A stretch of 36,797 nucleotides of DNA. It comes from Octopus bimaculoides (taxonomy: Eukaryota). The stretch lies in contig NC_069001.1 of the NCBI RefSeq assembly GCF_001194135.2, positions 36,488,340-36,525,136 on the forward strand. The letters run 5' to 3'. Each line of letters opens with the position of its first letter. Position 1 is the first letter of the stretch. Shown here piece by piece: positions 1 to 11,627 of this stretch. The notes beneath the pieces were generated by a model. It worked only from the letters and a program-made list of their open reading frames with translations. It was not told the origin of the DNA and did not search any database. Made by a program: the position numbers and the translations under genes.

Positions 1-297
1 TTTTTTTTTTTTTTTTTGTATACAGAATATTCATTTTTTTTTTTATTTTTTTTTTTGGCTTTGATAACAATGAGTGTCTAACAATTTTACTCTGTCCACA
101 TAAAAACCCCTGCAAGCGCTGATGCTTATTGCAGTTGGAATCATTATTACCAAAATGGTGTCGTTTGTTTGTGTGTCGAAATGACTGTCAGCTTTCTGTT
201 TTAACCGTTCCTTCTGTCATTCCTCATATCCTTTATTATTTCCTGTCCGTTCTTCCATTTCGTTCTATCATTGTTGCATGCTGTTTAATTTTTACAG

Positions 298-372
298 ATC
301 CGTAAACTACGGAGGGAGCTCGACTCTGCCCAAGACAAAGTCAGCACACTGACCACACAGCTGAGTACCAAT
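298..372 (+). CDS. NAV: Internal coding exon of a neuron navigator (NAV/unc-53/sickie family) gene, coiled-coil region
   Basis: Pyrimidine-rich acceptor (gtttaatttttacAG, ends 297) and donor GTagga at 373. The 75-nt phase-0 exon translates to IRKLRRELDSAQDKVSTLTTQLSTN, recognised from memory as close to vertebrate NAV1 IRKLRRELESSQEKVATLTSQLSAN. Paralogue not assignable. Confidence 0.9.
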
Positions 373-611
373 GTAGGAAGACATTTGTTATTATTATTAT
401 TATTGTTGTTATTGTTATTGTTATAACATTTTTAGCATTGAGTTCTTCTTCAATATTCATTCCAAAAAGCAAAATTTTCTTTGCTTTGTTCTCAATGTCT
501 GTGATTAACATTGCATAGCATGGAATTGTTTGGGATGTTATTTCAAGTCAGAGGTACTTCGTTAATTTACAGTCCCCCTCCCCTCTACTGACAATAATAA
601 ATTCTTCATTA

Positions 612-737
612 ACTGCAAGAACTTTGTACGAAAATGCAATTCACTTTCTGCAAAATGAATTACAAAATGTTGCTTCTGATAGGACCCTATGGAGGGCGTG
701 CCTGACGATTCTACCCCTACGATCCTCTCAGGGATAG
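612..737 (+). mobile_element. Possible 3'-terminal coding remnant of an RTE-type LINE
   Basis: Frame reads ...ELQNVASDRTLWRACL...stop, resembling the A.DR..WR motif at the C-terminus of RTE-clade ORFs. Short, recognised by eye only. Confidence 0.35.
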
Positions 738-1544
738 CTGGTGGGGAAAATAGATTGGGTGGAAGGTGTCTGTATGTGTGGGTAGATACAGAGATAGATA
801 TGTTTTTGTCATAGCAAAAGACCTGACGGAGTCCGCTGGCATCCCATCTGGCAGGGAAATAAATGTGCCACAGAAACTTGGAAATCGATCCCAGGGGTCT
901 AAATGATTCGGGATGGCTCCTTACCCTAAATGTATTAGTTTATTGCATGCAGTGGTGAGGTGCACAACAGCTCATCAGAAAAGGGTAAAAGAGGGAGAAT
1001 AAAGCAGCGAAAGACAGCCAATGATTGCAAAAACAAGTTTACAGGATTAAACGCAAGAATAGAGAGAGAATTGAAGAATAGAACTGTGTCTTGAAGAGGA
1101 GAAAAAGGGTGAATTTAAGTATTTCGGGTGATAAATAATTAAGAAATTTAATAATGCCAGAATAATTAGCTATTTAATTGCCTGTTTCCATTAAATATAT
1201 TAACACTAATTTACTTTGGCTAATTACTAACTTAGAATTTAAACGATTGAGAAATTCAAAAATATATTCGTATCAAGATAAATCTTTAAAAACTTGTTCC
1301 TTGTCGTAAAAGTTATTCCCCTTGAATCATCTAGGTTTTACAGAGTTATTTCCCCTTTGCTTTAAATTTGGTCATCAGAACAAACTGATGAAGTAGAAGA
1401 GGGAGGCGAAGGGGTGAAGTAGAACTTAGTGGAATTATTAGCAACGAGGAAGTCTTTTGTGTGATCGTTTCGACCTATTAGATATAGCAGCCAAAATCTT
1501 CCTCGTATCACACTCTGGTATCTTTCTTCCTTAAGTATTCAAAT

Positions 1545-1693
1545 TATTTGGTCAAATGTAATTGTTTTTGAATTAATCACGCATTATCTCAAAGCTGCGA
1601 GTTTTTCACGATGTGATTGCTTATCTTTAGAATGACATTGTAGGGTCAGTGTGAGAGGACGGATCTGGCCAGTCTGAACATAAAACAGCTGGA
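1545..1693 (-). mobile_element. Internal fragment of piggyBac-like MITE family C
   Basis: Reverse complement matches the 31709-31919 copy (gttttatgttc..actggccag, ctcacac, ctacaatgtcattctaaa, gataat..attaattcaaa). Confidence 0.65.
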
Positions 1694-1893
1694 ATTATTA
1701 TCATCATCATCATTGTACCTGTCTTTTAAATATCCTGACAATGCAGTTCTAATCACTGACTCTTGAGAATGATTTGGAAATTTAAGTTATTTTCTTTCTC
1801 TTTTTTTAAAAAAAAAAAATCTCTCTTTCAGAACTTTCTAAACCACCTCTCTTTCTCTACATACATTCATATGTATATATATGAGTGCGTGTA

Positions 1894-1935
<42 letters not shown>

Positions 1936-2506
1936 CATCCACAAACCGCATGTAAAAACGTAGACCTCAGTGTCATTGAAAGAGAGGACTAAATGTGTAT
2001 TTATTGAATATAAAATAGAAGCATGGAATACTTACATCAAGTACTCAGAGTTTCCCCTGCAACAATGGATCTGACTTCATACAATTTCCAGCCACCATTT
2101 TGTCAACATACATGACTACTGATAAAATCAAATAAAATTATATCTGCCACTGCCAGGGAATTCCAACCACTGGATATGAATGCTCCATGCTTGTATTTTG
2201 CATTATATATATTAAATATACTTGTTATATATATGCATACTTTAACAGCGTTAATAACAATACTAACTGCTAATTCTATCTTCGTTAAGAACTACCATTA
2301 TTATAATTAGCGATATTTCCTTGTTCTTGTTGTATTCTTTTCTTGAGATTTATCTTTGCTTGTTATTTTTCTGAAACAGTTCGTTGTTTATTGTATATGA
2401 AAGAAAAACAAAAAGAAAAAAAGAGAAAACAGGAAAAATGTTTTGTTTTATTTCAGGTTCTCACAAAACTTACACAGCATGCTTAGATTTATTTTATAAC
2501 TGTATA

Positions 2507-2546
<40 letters not shown>

Positions 2547-2655
2547 CAAGTTTTGTACGTTTGTGTATAGAAAAATATATTAATCAATGAAATTCCAACT
2601 TAGTCTCATTTTCACGTTTCGTTATTTACAATTTTTACAATTTTCCATTATTGAA

Positions 2656-2697
2656 ATAAGCTAGTACTTTCACGCATGGTGCAATCGTCAGGTTTAT
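2656..2697 (-). ncRNA. Minimal type I hammerhead-like motif (Penelope-like element type)
   Basis: Minus strand: ATAAAC CTGACGA T TGCA CCA TGCG T GAA AGTACT A GCTTAT. Stem I 5/6 bp, stem II 4 bp, palindromic stem III AGTACT, CTA cleavage triplet. Confidence 0.55.
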
Positions 2698-3706
2698 GTG
2701 GTGACAGTCGTGTTCCACAACTGACAACTGTGATATATATATATATTTATATATATATTTTGCTTGGGCATAGTAATACTACTAACCTGGTGTTAGAACC
2801 CAGTATATATCTATGCGTTAGAATGAAGTGTCAGTCTTATACTACAGAACGGTAAATAAGAGATTGGAAGGGTGAAGAAATAAACGGTCATGTTGTGAGG
2901 TCCATTAATGTTTGAAGCTTTGATGAAGCTGTAGGGTGATACTCAATTATAAGCTAGTGAAGTTTGTAACTTAATTGTTTATTCTTTTGTTATTCTAATT
3001 ACTTAAATATATATACACACAGACACTATAAAAGAAATCTTTTTTTGTTGGGGTGGTGTTTGATTTTCAGTGAGGTGTACTGTTTGTGTGTATGTGTGTG
3101 TTAATTTTTATATAAGTCATAAGTACATGTGTATTGTCATGTTGTCTCTTATCTTTAAGATATTTTAAAGATATGCTTATAAGCATGTATTCATATAAAT
3201 GTGTGTGTGTATGTGTAGGTGGGTGTGTTTTATATATGCATATATATATATATATATATATATGGATGTGTATGTTTGCATATATATGTGTGTGTATATA
3301 TATGTATATATTTGTGCGTGTATGTATGTGTGTGTATATATTTATATATTTATAATGCTGGGGTTGACTTTATATTTCACCCTTCCAGGGTCAATGTAAT
3401 TGGCCTCACCCCTTCCTTAAACTTGCAGGCCTTGTGCCGAAATTTGAAATCATTATTATTGTTGTTATTGTTGTTATCATTAATATTCTGTTAGTTTTTC
3501 TTAAGAATGAATATATTTCTTTAAAACAGGAAAAAAAAAAATGTTTTTATTTTTTTTTACTTCACGATGTTTAATCTGTTATTTATTCTATGACATCTGG
3601 GATTTATAGAGATTTATATGGAATTATATAAATATTGATATTGTTGTCCGAGTTGCCTTGTATATAGAAATGATGATTATTATTATTATTATTATTATTA
3701 TTATGT

Positions 3707-3912
3707 AAAGTGGAAAGCTGGTAGAATTGATTGCATGCCAGAAAAAATGCTTAGCGGCATTTTGTCTGTCTTCACGTTCTGAGTTCAAATTCTGCTGGGT
3801 GAACTTTGCTTTTTGTCCCTCCAGGGCCGATAAAATAAGTACCAGTCAAACTCTGGGGTCAATGTAATCAGCTTACCCCCTACCCCTTGTGCCAAAATTA
3901 TTCTTATTATTA
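3707..3912 (+). mobile_element. tRNA-derived SINE family 1 (OR-like octopus SINE)
   Basis: Head aagctggtagaatt, B-box-like ctgagttcaaattc, body gataaaataagtaccag..ggggtcaatgtaat, (ATT)n tail; matches other copies in the window. Confidence 0.8.
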
Positions 3913-3917
3913 TTATA

Positions 3918-3950
<33 letters not shown>

Positions 3951-3952
<2 letters not shown>

Positions 3953-4110
3953 GGTGACAAGCTGGCAGAACTGTTAGGACATCAGGTGAAATGCTTAGCG
4001 GTATTTTNNNNNNNNNNCGACTAGCCCCCCCACCCCCACCCACCCTGTTGCCCCAAATTTTAAGCCTTGTGCCTATAGTAGAAAGGATTATTATTATTAT
4101 TATTATTATT
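3951..4110 (+). mobile_element. SINE family 1, spanning a small gap
   Basis: aaggtgacaagctggcagaa head; ccttgtgcctatagtagaaaggattatt tail. Confidence 0.75.
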
Positions 4111-4245
4111 ATGTAATTGGCTTACCCCAGCTCCTCGTACTTGCTAGCCTTGTTTGAAAATTTGGAATCATTATTATTATTATTTTAAGATTATGTATGT
4201 ATATATATGTGTGTGTGTGTGTGTGTATGTATCTGACTTGGAAAC

Positions 4246-4351
4246 TGGTGAATGTTGGCAACAGTAAGGGCATCCAGCTGTAGAAAATCTGTCTCAGTGA
4301 ATTCTATCAGACCCATACAAACATGGGAAAGTGGACATTAAATCATTGATG
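4246..4351 (+). mobile_element. Repeat family 3 (RTE-related LINE 3' end or SINE tail) fragment
   Basis: gttggcaacagtaagggcatccagctgtagaaa ... catgggaaagtggacattaaat; same family as 30665-30890. Confidence 0.65.
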
Positions 4352-4389
4352 GTGGTGGTCACAGTATATCCCTATCCCCACCACCTTCA

Positions 4390-4410
<21 letters not shown>

Positions 4411-4422
<12 letters not shown>

Positions 4423-4637
4423 GGTTTCAAATTTTGCCACAAGGGCAGCAATTTTGGTGGGAGGGGATGAGTCAATTACATCGATCCCAGTGTTTAAATG
4501 GTATTTAATTTACCAACCCTGAAAGGATGAAAGGCAAAGTCCACCTTGGCAGAATTTTAACTTGGAATGTAGCAACGGGTGAAATACCGCTAAACATTTC
4601 GTCTGGCACGCTAACAATTCTGCCTGCTCACTGCCTT
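4411..4637 (-). mobile_element. SINE family 1, full length, antisense
   Basis: Reverse complement starts aaggcagtgagcaggcagaatt, contains ctttgcctttcatcctttc and ends in an (ATT)n tail. Confidence 0.8.
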
Positions 4638-5022
4638 ATATAATAATAATAATAATAATAGATAATGTATATATATTGGTAGCTTTAGCGGATTTGGATG
4701 GTAATGCTTTTCGTTCAGAAATCAGAATGAAAAATTTAGTCTGACTTGAAATCTGACTTTAGGACAATTTAGATATTCCATCAGGAAATAAGACAAAGAA
4801 AATGATCAGAGATCAGCTAGAACGGAAACATTTGTGTAAATATTGTAAGTGTGTGTGTGTGTGTGTGAAGACAAAAGATGGTATTAATAGTCTGGGAAAG
4901 TTAGAATCATTGTGATAACTCATCTCAGAAGTTACGACATTTAATCAATAAAGACGGTCGCTGACGATGATACTGGCTTAGAGTTTTGTATCATCATCGT
5001 TATTGTTGTTGTCGTTGTTGTT

Positions 5023-5117
5023 AAGGCGGTCATCTGGCTGAATTGTCAGCACATCAGGCAAAATACTTTGCAGCATTTCTTCTGCTTTATGTTCCGAGTT
5101 CAAATATTGCCAAAGTC
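5023..5117 (+). mobile_element. SINE family 1, 5' half
   Basis: aaggcggtcatctggctgaatt ... gttccgagttcaaat; truncated next to a family 2 copy. Confidence 0.65.
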
Positions 5118-5132
5118 CACACACACACACAT

Positions 5133-5294
5133 GAATGGCTTCTTTTCTGTTTCCGTCTACCAGATCAACTCGTAAGGCTTTGGTCGGCCCAGAGCTGTAG
5201 TAGAAGACAGTAGCCCAAGGTGCCAGACAGTGGGATTGAACCCAGAACCATGTGGTCAGTGAGCTAACTGCTTACAATGCAGCCATATCTGCAC
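5133..5294 (-). mobile_element. tRNA-derived SINE family 2 (OK-like octopus SINE), 5' half
   Basis: Reverse complement has ggctgcattgtaag, ggttcaatcccactg, ggcaccttggg, gtagacggaaacagaaaagaagcc. Confidence 0.8.
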
Positions 5295-6023
5295 TTGTGT
5301 GTGTGTGTGTGTGTGTGTGTATGTATGCGCACACACATGCACAGGCATACATCCATTCACATACTCACAGACATACACACACACGCACACAAATGCAGAA
5401 AGGGAGATAAAACAAAATTATTCTCATGTTTCCTAATTCTGTCTGCTTTTGGTGTGGTGTGGCATGGTTGGGGTGGGTTGTGCTTTTTTCACTTAGTTTA
5501 TGGAGACAAAGAAATTATTTCACTGTCTATAAATACACTGATAAAGTACATTGGCTACAAGAATTTTCTTTCGAAAATGTTAAATCAATTTGTTTTGTCT
5601 GAGCAAATAAACTTCCTTTTATTTGGTTCGTTTTTTTTTTCCTTTTTTTTCTTTTCTTTTTTTTTTTTGTTTTACATAATAAATAGCCAAAAAATGGATG
5701 TTTTTTTTTTTTTTTGTTTTTTTTTTTGGTTTGTTTTTTCCCAACCAGAGATGCAAAAATGACAATTTGATTCATTCAATGTAATCTGTTGTTGATATTG
5801 CTGTTGTTGCTTAATGTTCCAGTTTCCAGTCCTAATTCAGCAGATTAGTGGTCAGAGCCTTTCTGGCTATGACCATCTCTCCTTATCATTTTGCTTTGGT
5901 CTGTCTGTAAGTGGCTTCATATCCCTACAGCCCTGGCATCGGGTGACATTAGTTCAGGTCCTTCATGGACAATGTGTCCCACAGCTCAACAGTTCCAGGT
6001 GAAGATCAGTGGAATTAAACACC

Positions 6024-6193
6024 TTAAACCCTTCTGTTACTATATTTCTGATGGAATACTCTGCCTTTGTTTCGATTAATTTTGGAAATAATGAAGAATT
6101 TAGTAAAACCCCATTTTCCTTCTTAAGCCTGTGTTTGTAAGATAAATTAACATGACATTTTGATAGAAGATTTTGATTTAGATCCCTTTAAAA
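6024..6193 (+). mobile_element. piggyBac-like MITE family A, left two-thirds
   Basis: Starts ttaaacccttctgttac (TTAA+CCCT-like end); internal gaaataatgaagaatttagtaaaa and aaattaacatga.attttgat shared in part with 18153-18325 and 30419-30932. Confidence 0.6.
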
Positions 6194-6440
6194 CTGTGGT
6201 TCCCAAAATTTTCCGGGGTTCCCACGACCCCACTCACCAACACTTTCTGCATCAAATTCAGAACAACAGTATTTCACAAATAAAAATTAACCTAATTAAC
6301 CCATTATTTTGCTGTTTATACAGCTATTGCCTCGTCACCCACTTTTTTGAGGCCACTCTGTTATCACATCATTTTTCTTCAATGCCCCACTGGATCTTTC
6401 CACTGCCCCCAGGGGTCCGGGACAGAACAGGTTTCTTGCA
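6194..6440 (+). mobile_element. hAT/Charlie-like MITE remnant
   Basis: Left end ctgtggttcccaaaattttcc resembles the Charlie-type TIR CAGTGGTTCCCAAAC; right end degenerate (ggggtccgggacagaacaggttt). Confidence 0.4.
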
Positions 6441-7177
6441 GTAGAGGGAGAATATATGCTTCCTTTGTAGGGAGACAGGATGAGAGTAACGGGGGTGGAG
6501 CTGGAGAAAGAGATAAAATAGTGGTGATGAGGTGCCAGGGTGGACCCTAAGGCACAAAGGGGGCTAGAAGTGAGTAAGGAGCAAGTGTATGGGGAATGAG
6601 TGAAGTGAATATAATGAATGAAGTGCATATGTTAAGGGATTAAAGGTTGATAACGTTGAATGGAAAACATTATTAGTATCAGCATTAATATTACTAAACC
6701 TGTCACTCACCAGTCTTACCAAATATACCTAATAAAAAAAAAGCAAGAATTAAGAATTAATTAGTAGTTCGTTTCTAACTACATTACATACTTCTAGATA
6801 AGCTTTACAAGATATCTGAATTCTATCATGTCTCCAATCTAAATTCTGAGAGCGTTTCAAAGATATCTGTTCTGTTTTTAGGCCAAGAAAGCAGATATAT
6901 TTCGAGGTTTTTACTCCAAGAATCAGTATAGATTACCAGCCAGCCAACCAGTTGGTTTAGTATCTGTGGGATGTCTAGATGTCATAGTTTTTCTGTGCCA
7001 GCTCTAAATCTGTCAATTCCAGAAATAAATCTATAAATACACCTTTCTTGTTTTTTTAATCAACTGCTACTTGATTAAATATCTTTCGGCAATCTTCAAT
7101 TTGTAAATATATCACATCAGTTTCCATTTTTTTTTTTTGTCCTCTCTTTTTTCTTTTTGTTGTTGTCGTTTTTATCA

Positions 7178-7408
7178 TTGGATCTCGAAGTTGATGAAGC
7201 TATTAATAATAGCATCTTAATATTGGGTTAACGAAAGAAAAAAGCAACTCTTTGGAGAGAAGTAAGTCAAAAGTTCTCCATGGAATATGAACTCACATCA
7301 ATCCTTTGAAATTCTCTCTCCATCTTTGAAACTTTTTTCAATCCTAAAGTGTTTTTAACTGAGTATTAACATGCTATCTTATATAGCCTTATCTACTTCA
7401 AGCTCCAC
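7178..7408. repeat. Decayed foldback palindrome (about 54-bp arms, about 74% identity, extending inward)
   Basis: ttggatctcgaagttgatgaagctatt..atagcatcttaat matches the reverse complement of 7355-7408 (gtggagcttgaagtagataaggctat..atagcatgttaat); 40 of 54 positions identical by hand alignment. Confidence 0.6.
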
Positions 7409-9364
7409 TGTTAAAAACGAATAATCTCACATCTCTTGACATGGAATAATTTGTCTTTAACAATCAACACAACATCAATAACTTTTTCTGTTTTATTTTT
7501 CTTTATATTTTTATATACTGAATAAGCAATAACGTTTGAGTTTGATTCAGTGGTGAAGGTCGTTGTTTTTATGANNNNNNNNNNAAAGTTATCTTCATAA
7601 TATGTACGGCACCTTGTATTGCTCACCCTTCCTTGTTCAACTTCCTTATCTTTTCTATCCCCCCTCTCTCTCCCCCTATATATCTCTCTCCTTCTCTATA
7701 TATATACCTAGTCTCTCTAGTATGATATTATAAGTAGAAGATTGAACAACAGAGAGAGAAAGAAAGAAGCAAGCAATCAGAGATAAATTCTTCTAATCCT
7801 TAATTATGTTCTATCATTACTTTGGTTTGGTTTTTTTGTCATTTCTTTGGAGTTTGCTCTGTGAAGAAACATCACAGAATTTCTCGGTCGTTCCTGCTAC
7901 CATTTCTGTGACAAATGATAATATATACCCATATAACATAAAATATATACATGCATACATGTGCATATACATATAATATAATATAGACATATATAAATAT
8001 ATATATATATATCAGTTGTATTTGGCTATTCTTTGCTGCTCCAGAAGATTTTCCTTGGAACTAAAAAGGTTTCTGTCCCTTCTTGCGCAGACAGATTTGT
8101 GGATAACTCTCTCTCTCTCTNNNNNNNNNNNNNNNNNNNNNNNNNNNNNNNNNNNNNNNNNNNNNNNNNNNNNNNNNNNNNNNNNNNNNNNNNNNNNNNN
8201 NNNNNNNNNNNNNNNNNNNNNNNNNNNNNNNNNNNNNNNNNNNNNNNNNNNNNNNNNNNNNNNNNNNNNNNNNNNNNNNNNNNNNNNNNNNNNNNNNNNN
8301 NNNNNNNNNNNNNNNNNNNNNNNNNNNNNNNNNNNNNNNNNNNNNNNNNNNNNNNNNNNNNNNNNNNNNNNNNNNNNNNNNNNNNNNNNNNNNNNNNNNN
8401 NNNNNNNNNNNNNNNNNNNNNNNNNNNNNNNNNNNNNNNNNNNNNNNNNNNNNNNNNNNNNNNNNNNNNNNNNNNNNNNNNNNNNNNNNNNNNNNNNNNN
8501 NNNNNNNNNNNNNNNNNNNNNNNNNNNNNNNNNNNNNNNNNNNNNNNNNNNNNNNNNNNNNNNNNNNNNNNNNNNNNNNNNNNNNNNNNNNNNNNNNNNN
8601 NNNNNNNNNNNNNNNNNNNNNNNNNNNNNNNNNNNNNNNNNNNNNNNNNNNNNNNNNNNNNNNNNNNNNNNNNNNNNNNNNNNNNNNNNNNNNNCAATTT
8701 TCAAACGTCTCTTCAATTCTTGTATTAGTTTTTTTTTTTTTTTTTTAAATATTTTCCCCTCCCCTAATGGAAACAAACACAAACTGATAAATTAATAGTA
8801 ATAATACTAACAACAACAACAACAACAAGAGTTTCCTGGGAAAGGAAATTCCCAGTTTACATCCAAAATGGACACGATGGATTTTCAAACCTGTTATGAA
8901 TATGGAACAGTTTGGAATTCACAATATCATAAGGCAAGTTTATTTTTAAAGAATTTTTGGAGATTTTTGGAAGTTGTTTGGGTTCTGTTTCTTCATATGT
9001 ATTTCAACACAGTCTCTGTTTTTATCATTCACAAGAAAAACCTTATTAATTTGGCATAATTATCCAATTGAGAGAATATTTAAAATATTTTAATAGATTA
9101 AAAGGAAATAATTATTAAACTTTGCTATGTAAATCCCAAAACGAAATCTTTATTTAAATTGAATTAAACTGTCAATTAATTTAACGAGATATTTTAACTT
9201 AGATCAAATCAGTGTTTACTTGAGTAATATTATATATAGCCGATTAATTTAATGAAATATTAACTTTAATCAGCAGTGTCAACTTAATTAGTTGATAGAA
9301 AGTATAGTTTGTGAAATATATTGATAACTTTTCGGTTTGGTTTTACGAAATTAATTTAAGCAGT

Positions 9365-9822
9365 TGCAAGTATGGTTGTATGGTTAAGAAGCTTGTTTCC
9401 CAACCTTATGGTTTCAGGTTCAGTCCCACTGTGTGACACATTGGGCAAGTGTCTTTTTCTGTTGCCCTGGTCTGACCAAAGCCTTGTGAGTAAATTTCGT
9501 AGATGGAAACTGAAAGAAGCCCATCGTATATTTTTGTGCGTGACTTTTGTCAAGACATTACCTGTTGGTTGTAAACTAGAATTATTGCCCTACAAGCTTG
9601 CTTCCCATCCATGCACAGTGCTTTGGGTAAGCAGTTTGTATTAGAGCCCCAGGTCAATCAAATGTTGGTGTGTTTACATCCCTGTAACTTAGGGATTCAG
9701 CAAAAGAGACCAATCGAATAAGTACTAGGCTTACAAAGTGTAAGTCCCGGGGTCAGTTTGTTCCACTAAAGGTGGTGCTCCAGCATGGCCACAGTCAAAT
9801 GACTGAAACAAGTAAAAGAGAG
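9365..9822 (+). mobile_element. SINE family 2, full length with internal insertion
   Basis: tRNA-like head (ggttgtatggttaag..ggttcagtcccactg), middle gatggaaactgaaagaagccc, tail ggtggtgctccagcatggccacagtcaaatgactgaaacaagtaaaagag. Confidence 0.85.
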
Positions 9823-10065
9823 TAGCGACACAAGTGCGAGATGAAAGATTCTTAAGTATGATGACAAATATTTGATTCTATTTTCTTTTATTTTTATTAA
9901 ATTTCATTCCGTTTCCTTGGAAATTTTGATGATATTCTTTACGAGTAAGTAAATATATTAAGGAATAATGCCTTCATTTCTTCTGACTAAGCATATTATT
10001 ATTATTACCTACATATATATGTGTTTGTATGCACTCACTCCAACACATATAGCTTCATCCTACAC

Positions 10066-10411
10066 CAGTCATTTACAACTAGGGTCCACGTGACCTGCGG
10101 AGGCCCGTATGAGATTTTGTTGTTAAAATTTATAAGCAATAAATTGCTTATACTTCAACAAACACCAAATGTTTTAACAATTTTTTTAAAATACAATTCC
10201 GACTAATATGTAATAATTAAAATATAAAAGGGTTTTTTAAACATCGAATGGTTATGAGGGTCCACCTGAATAAAATAGGGATCAAAGGTGTCCATAGGGA
10301 GAAAATGGTTGAGAACCACCGAGTTAAAGACCCTTGAATAGATAAGAGGGTCCGCTTTGGTGAAATAGGAATCAAAGGGATTCACAGGGAAAAAATGGTT
10401 GAGAATCACTG
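10066..10411 (+). mobile_element. hAT/Charlie-like MITE with duplicated right end
   Basis: Right TIRs aaaatggttgagaaccaccg (ends 10321) and aaaatggttgagaatcactg (ends 10411); decayed left TIR cagtcatttacaact at 10066. Confidence 0.6.
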
Positions 10412-11356
10412 GTCCACAGTATTTCTGCTTGTATGTTTGATTAAGAGTACAGCTGTCTGTGGAATACGCAACCACTTCTGATTAAAACAAAAAGGTAGTT
10501 CACTGAACTAAACAATTGTTTTATCCTTATCAATGAAACTGGTGGACACAGTTTCACTTTAAGTTAAAGTTTCTTTGTGTAGGGATTTTTTTTTGTTTCA
10601 TATTTTAACAATCATTTAAATTGTTTTAACAATAATAAAAACTATATTAAATTAGAAATTTCTCTTTTTTTTTTTTTTTTTTGCAAGGAAAGCATTTCTA
10701 AGATCTAATTTGAGAATTATTTTTCAGACCTGTTAAAACTGTCCTTTTTTTTTTTGTTTTAATTTTATTTTATTTCAATTTATTGTTTATTTTTCTCCAA
10801 ATTTCTTTAAACAAAAACAAAGAAATTTTTTTTAAAACGTTTAAGTGCTGTCTCCTGATTCTTTAGGAACTTTGATATTTATTTATTTTAAAAACCAAAA
10901 GAAAAAAACTATTTGGAAGAAGAAAGACTGTGCAGTCTATTTATTTAGATTTTAGTTTTTAAGTCATTTTGCATCAACTTCTGTGCACTGTTGCACCACT
11001 TAATGCAATTTTTCTCTGTTCTTCAGTTTTTGTTGATTTCAGATTTTTCATTTTTTTCTTTATTTTTATAAATAGCAATAATTGTTTTGTGCAATGAAAA
11101 CCTCAACGAAATAATTTCTTGTCTGAATATTTATTGTACTTACGATTGGTACTTGTTGCTGTTGTCTTTTAGTCTTTGTCTATCAATCTATCTATCAGTA
11201 TACCTGTCTATCTGTCTATCCATCTGTTGGTCAATATATCTGTCTATTTATCTATTTACCTATCTATCCATCCAGTTACGTTATCTATCCCCGTGGTCTG
11301 TCTCTCTACATATTTACCCATCAATCTGCCTGTCTATATTTTTAGCCAACCATCCA

Positions 11357-11407
<51 letters not shown>

Positions 11408-11627
11408 NNNNNNNNNNNNNNNNNNNNNNNNNNNNNNNNNNNNNNNNNNNNNNNNNNNNNNNNNNNNNNNNNNNNNNNNNNNNNNNNNNNNNNNNNNNNN
11501 NNNNNNNNNNNNNNNNNNNNNNNNNNNNNNNNNNNNNNNNNNNNNNNNNNNNNNNNNNNNNNNNNNNNNNNNNNNNNNNNNNNTATATATATATATATAC
11601 ATACATTATTGTTATTGTTATTATTAT

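Noticed and set aside
702-760. CTGACGA followed by a possible stem II and GAAA
   Set aside because: Position 17 would be G, no stem I forms, and the bases fit better as an RTE-like coding remnant.
4961-5000. CTGACGATGATAC..GTATCA hairpin
   Set aside because: No GAAA or stem III follows.
5931-5998. AG...GT bounded 68-nt candidate exon
   Set aside because: Not frame-preserving, weak pyrimidine tract, no NAV-like translation.
6854-6907. GTTTC plus 10/11-bp stem (aaagatatctg/cagatatattt), a possible minus-strand hammerhead
   Set aside because: The CTGANGA box is absent (ttcgagg) and stem III is broken; at most a very decayed relic, so not counted.
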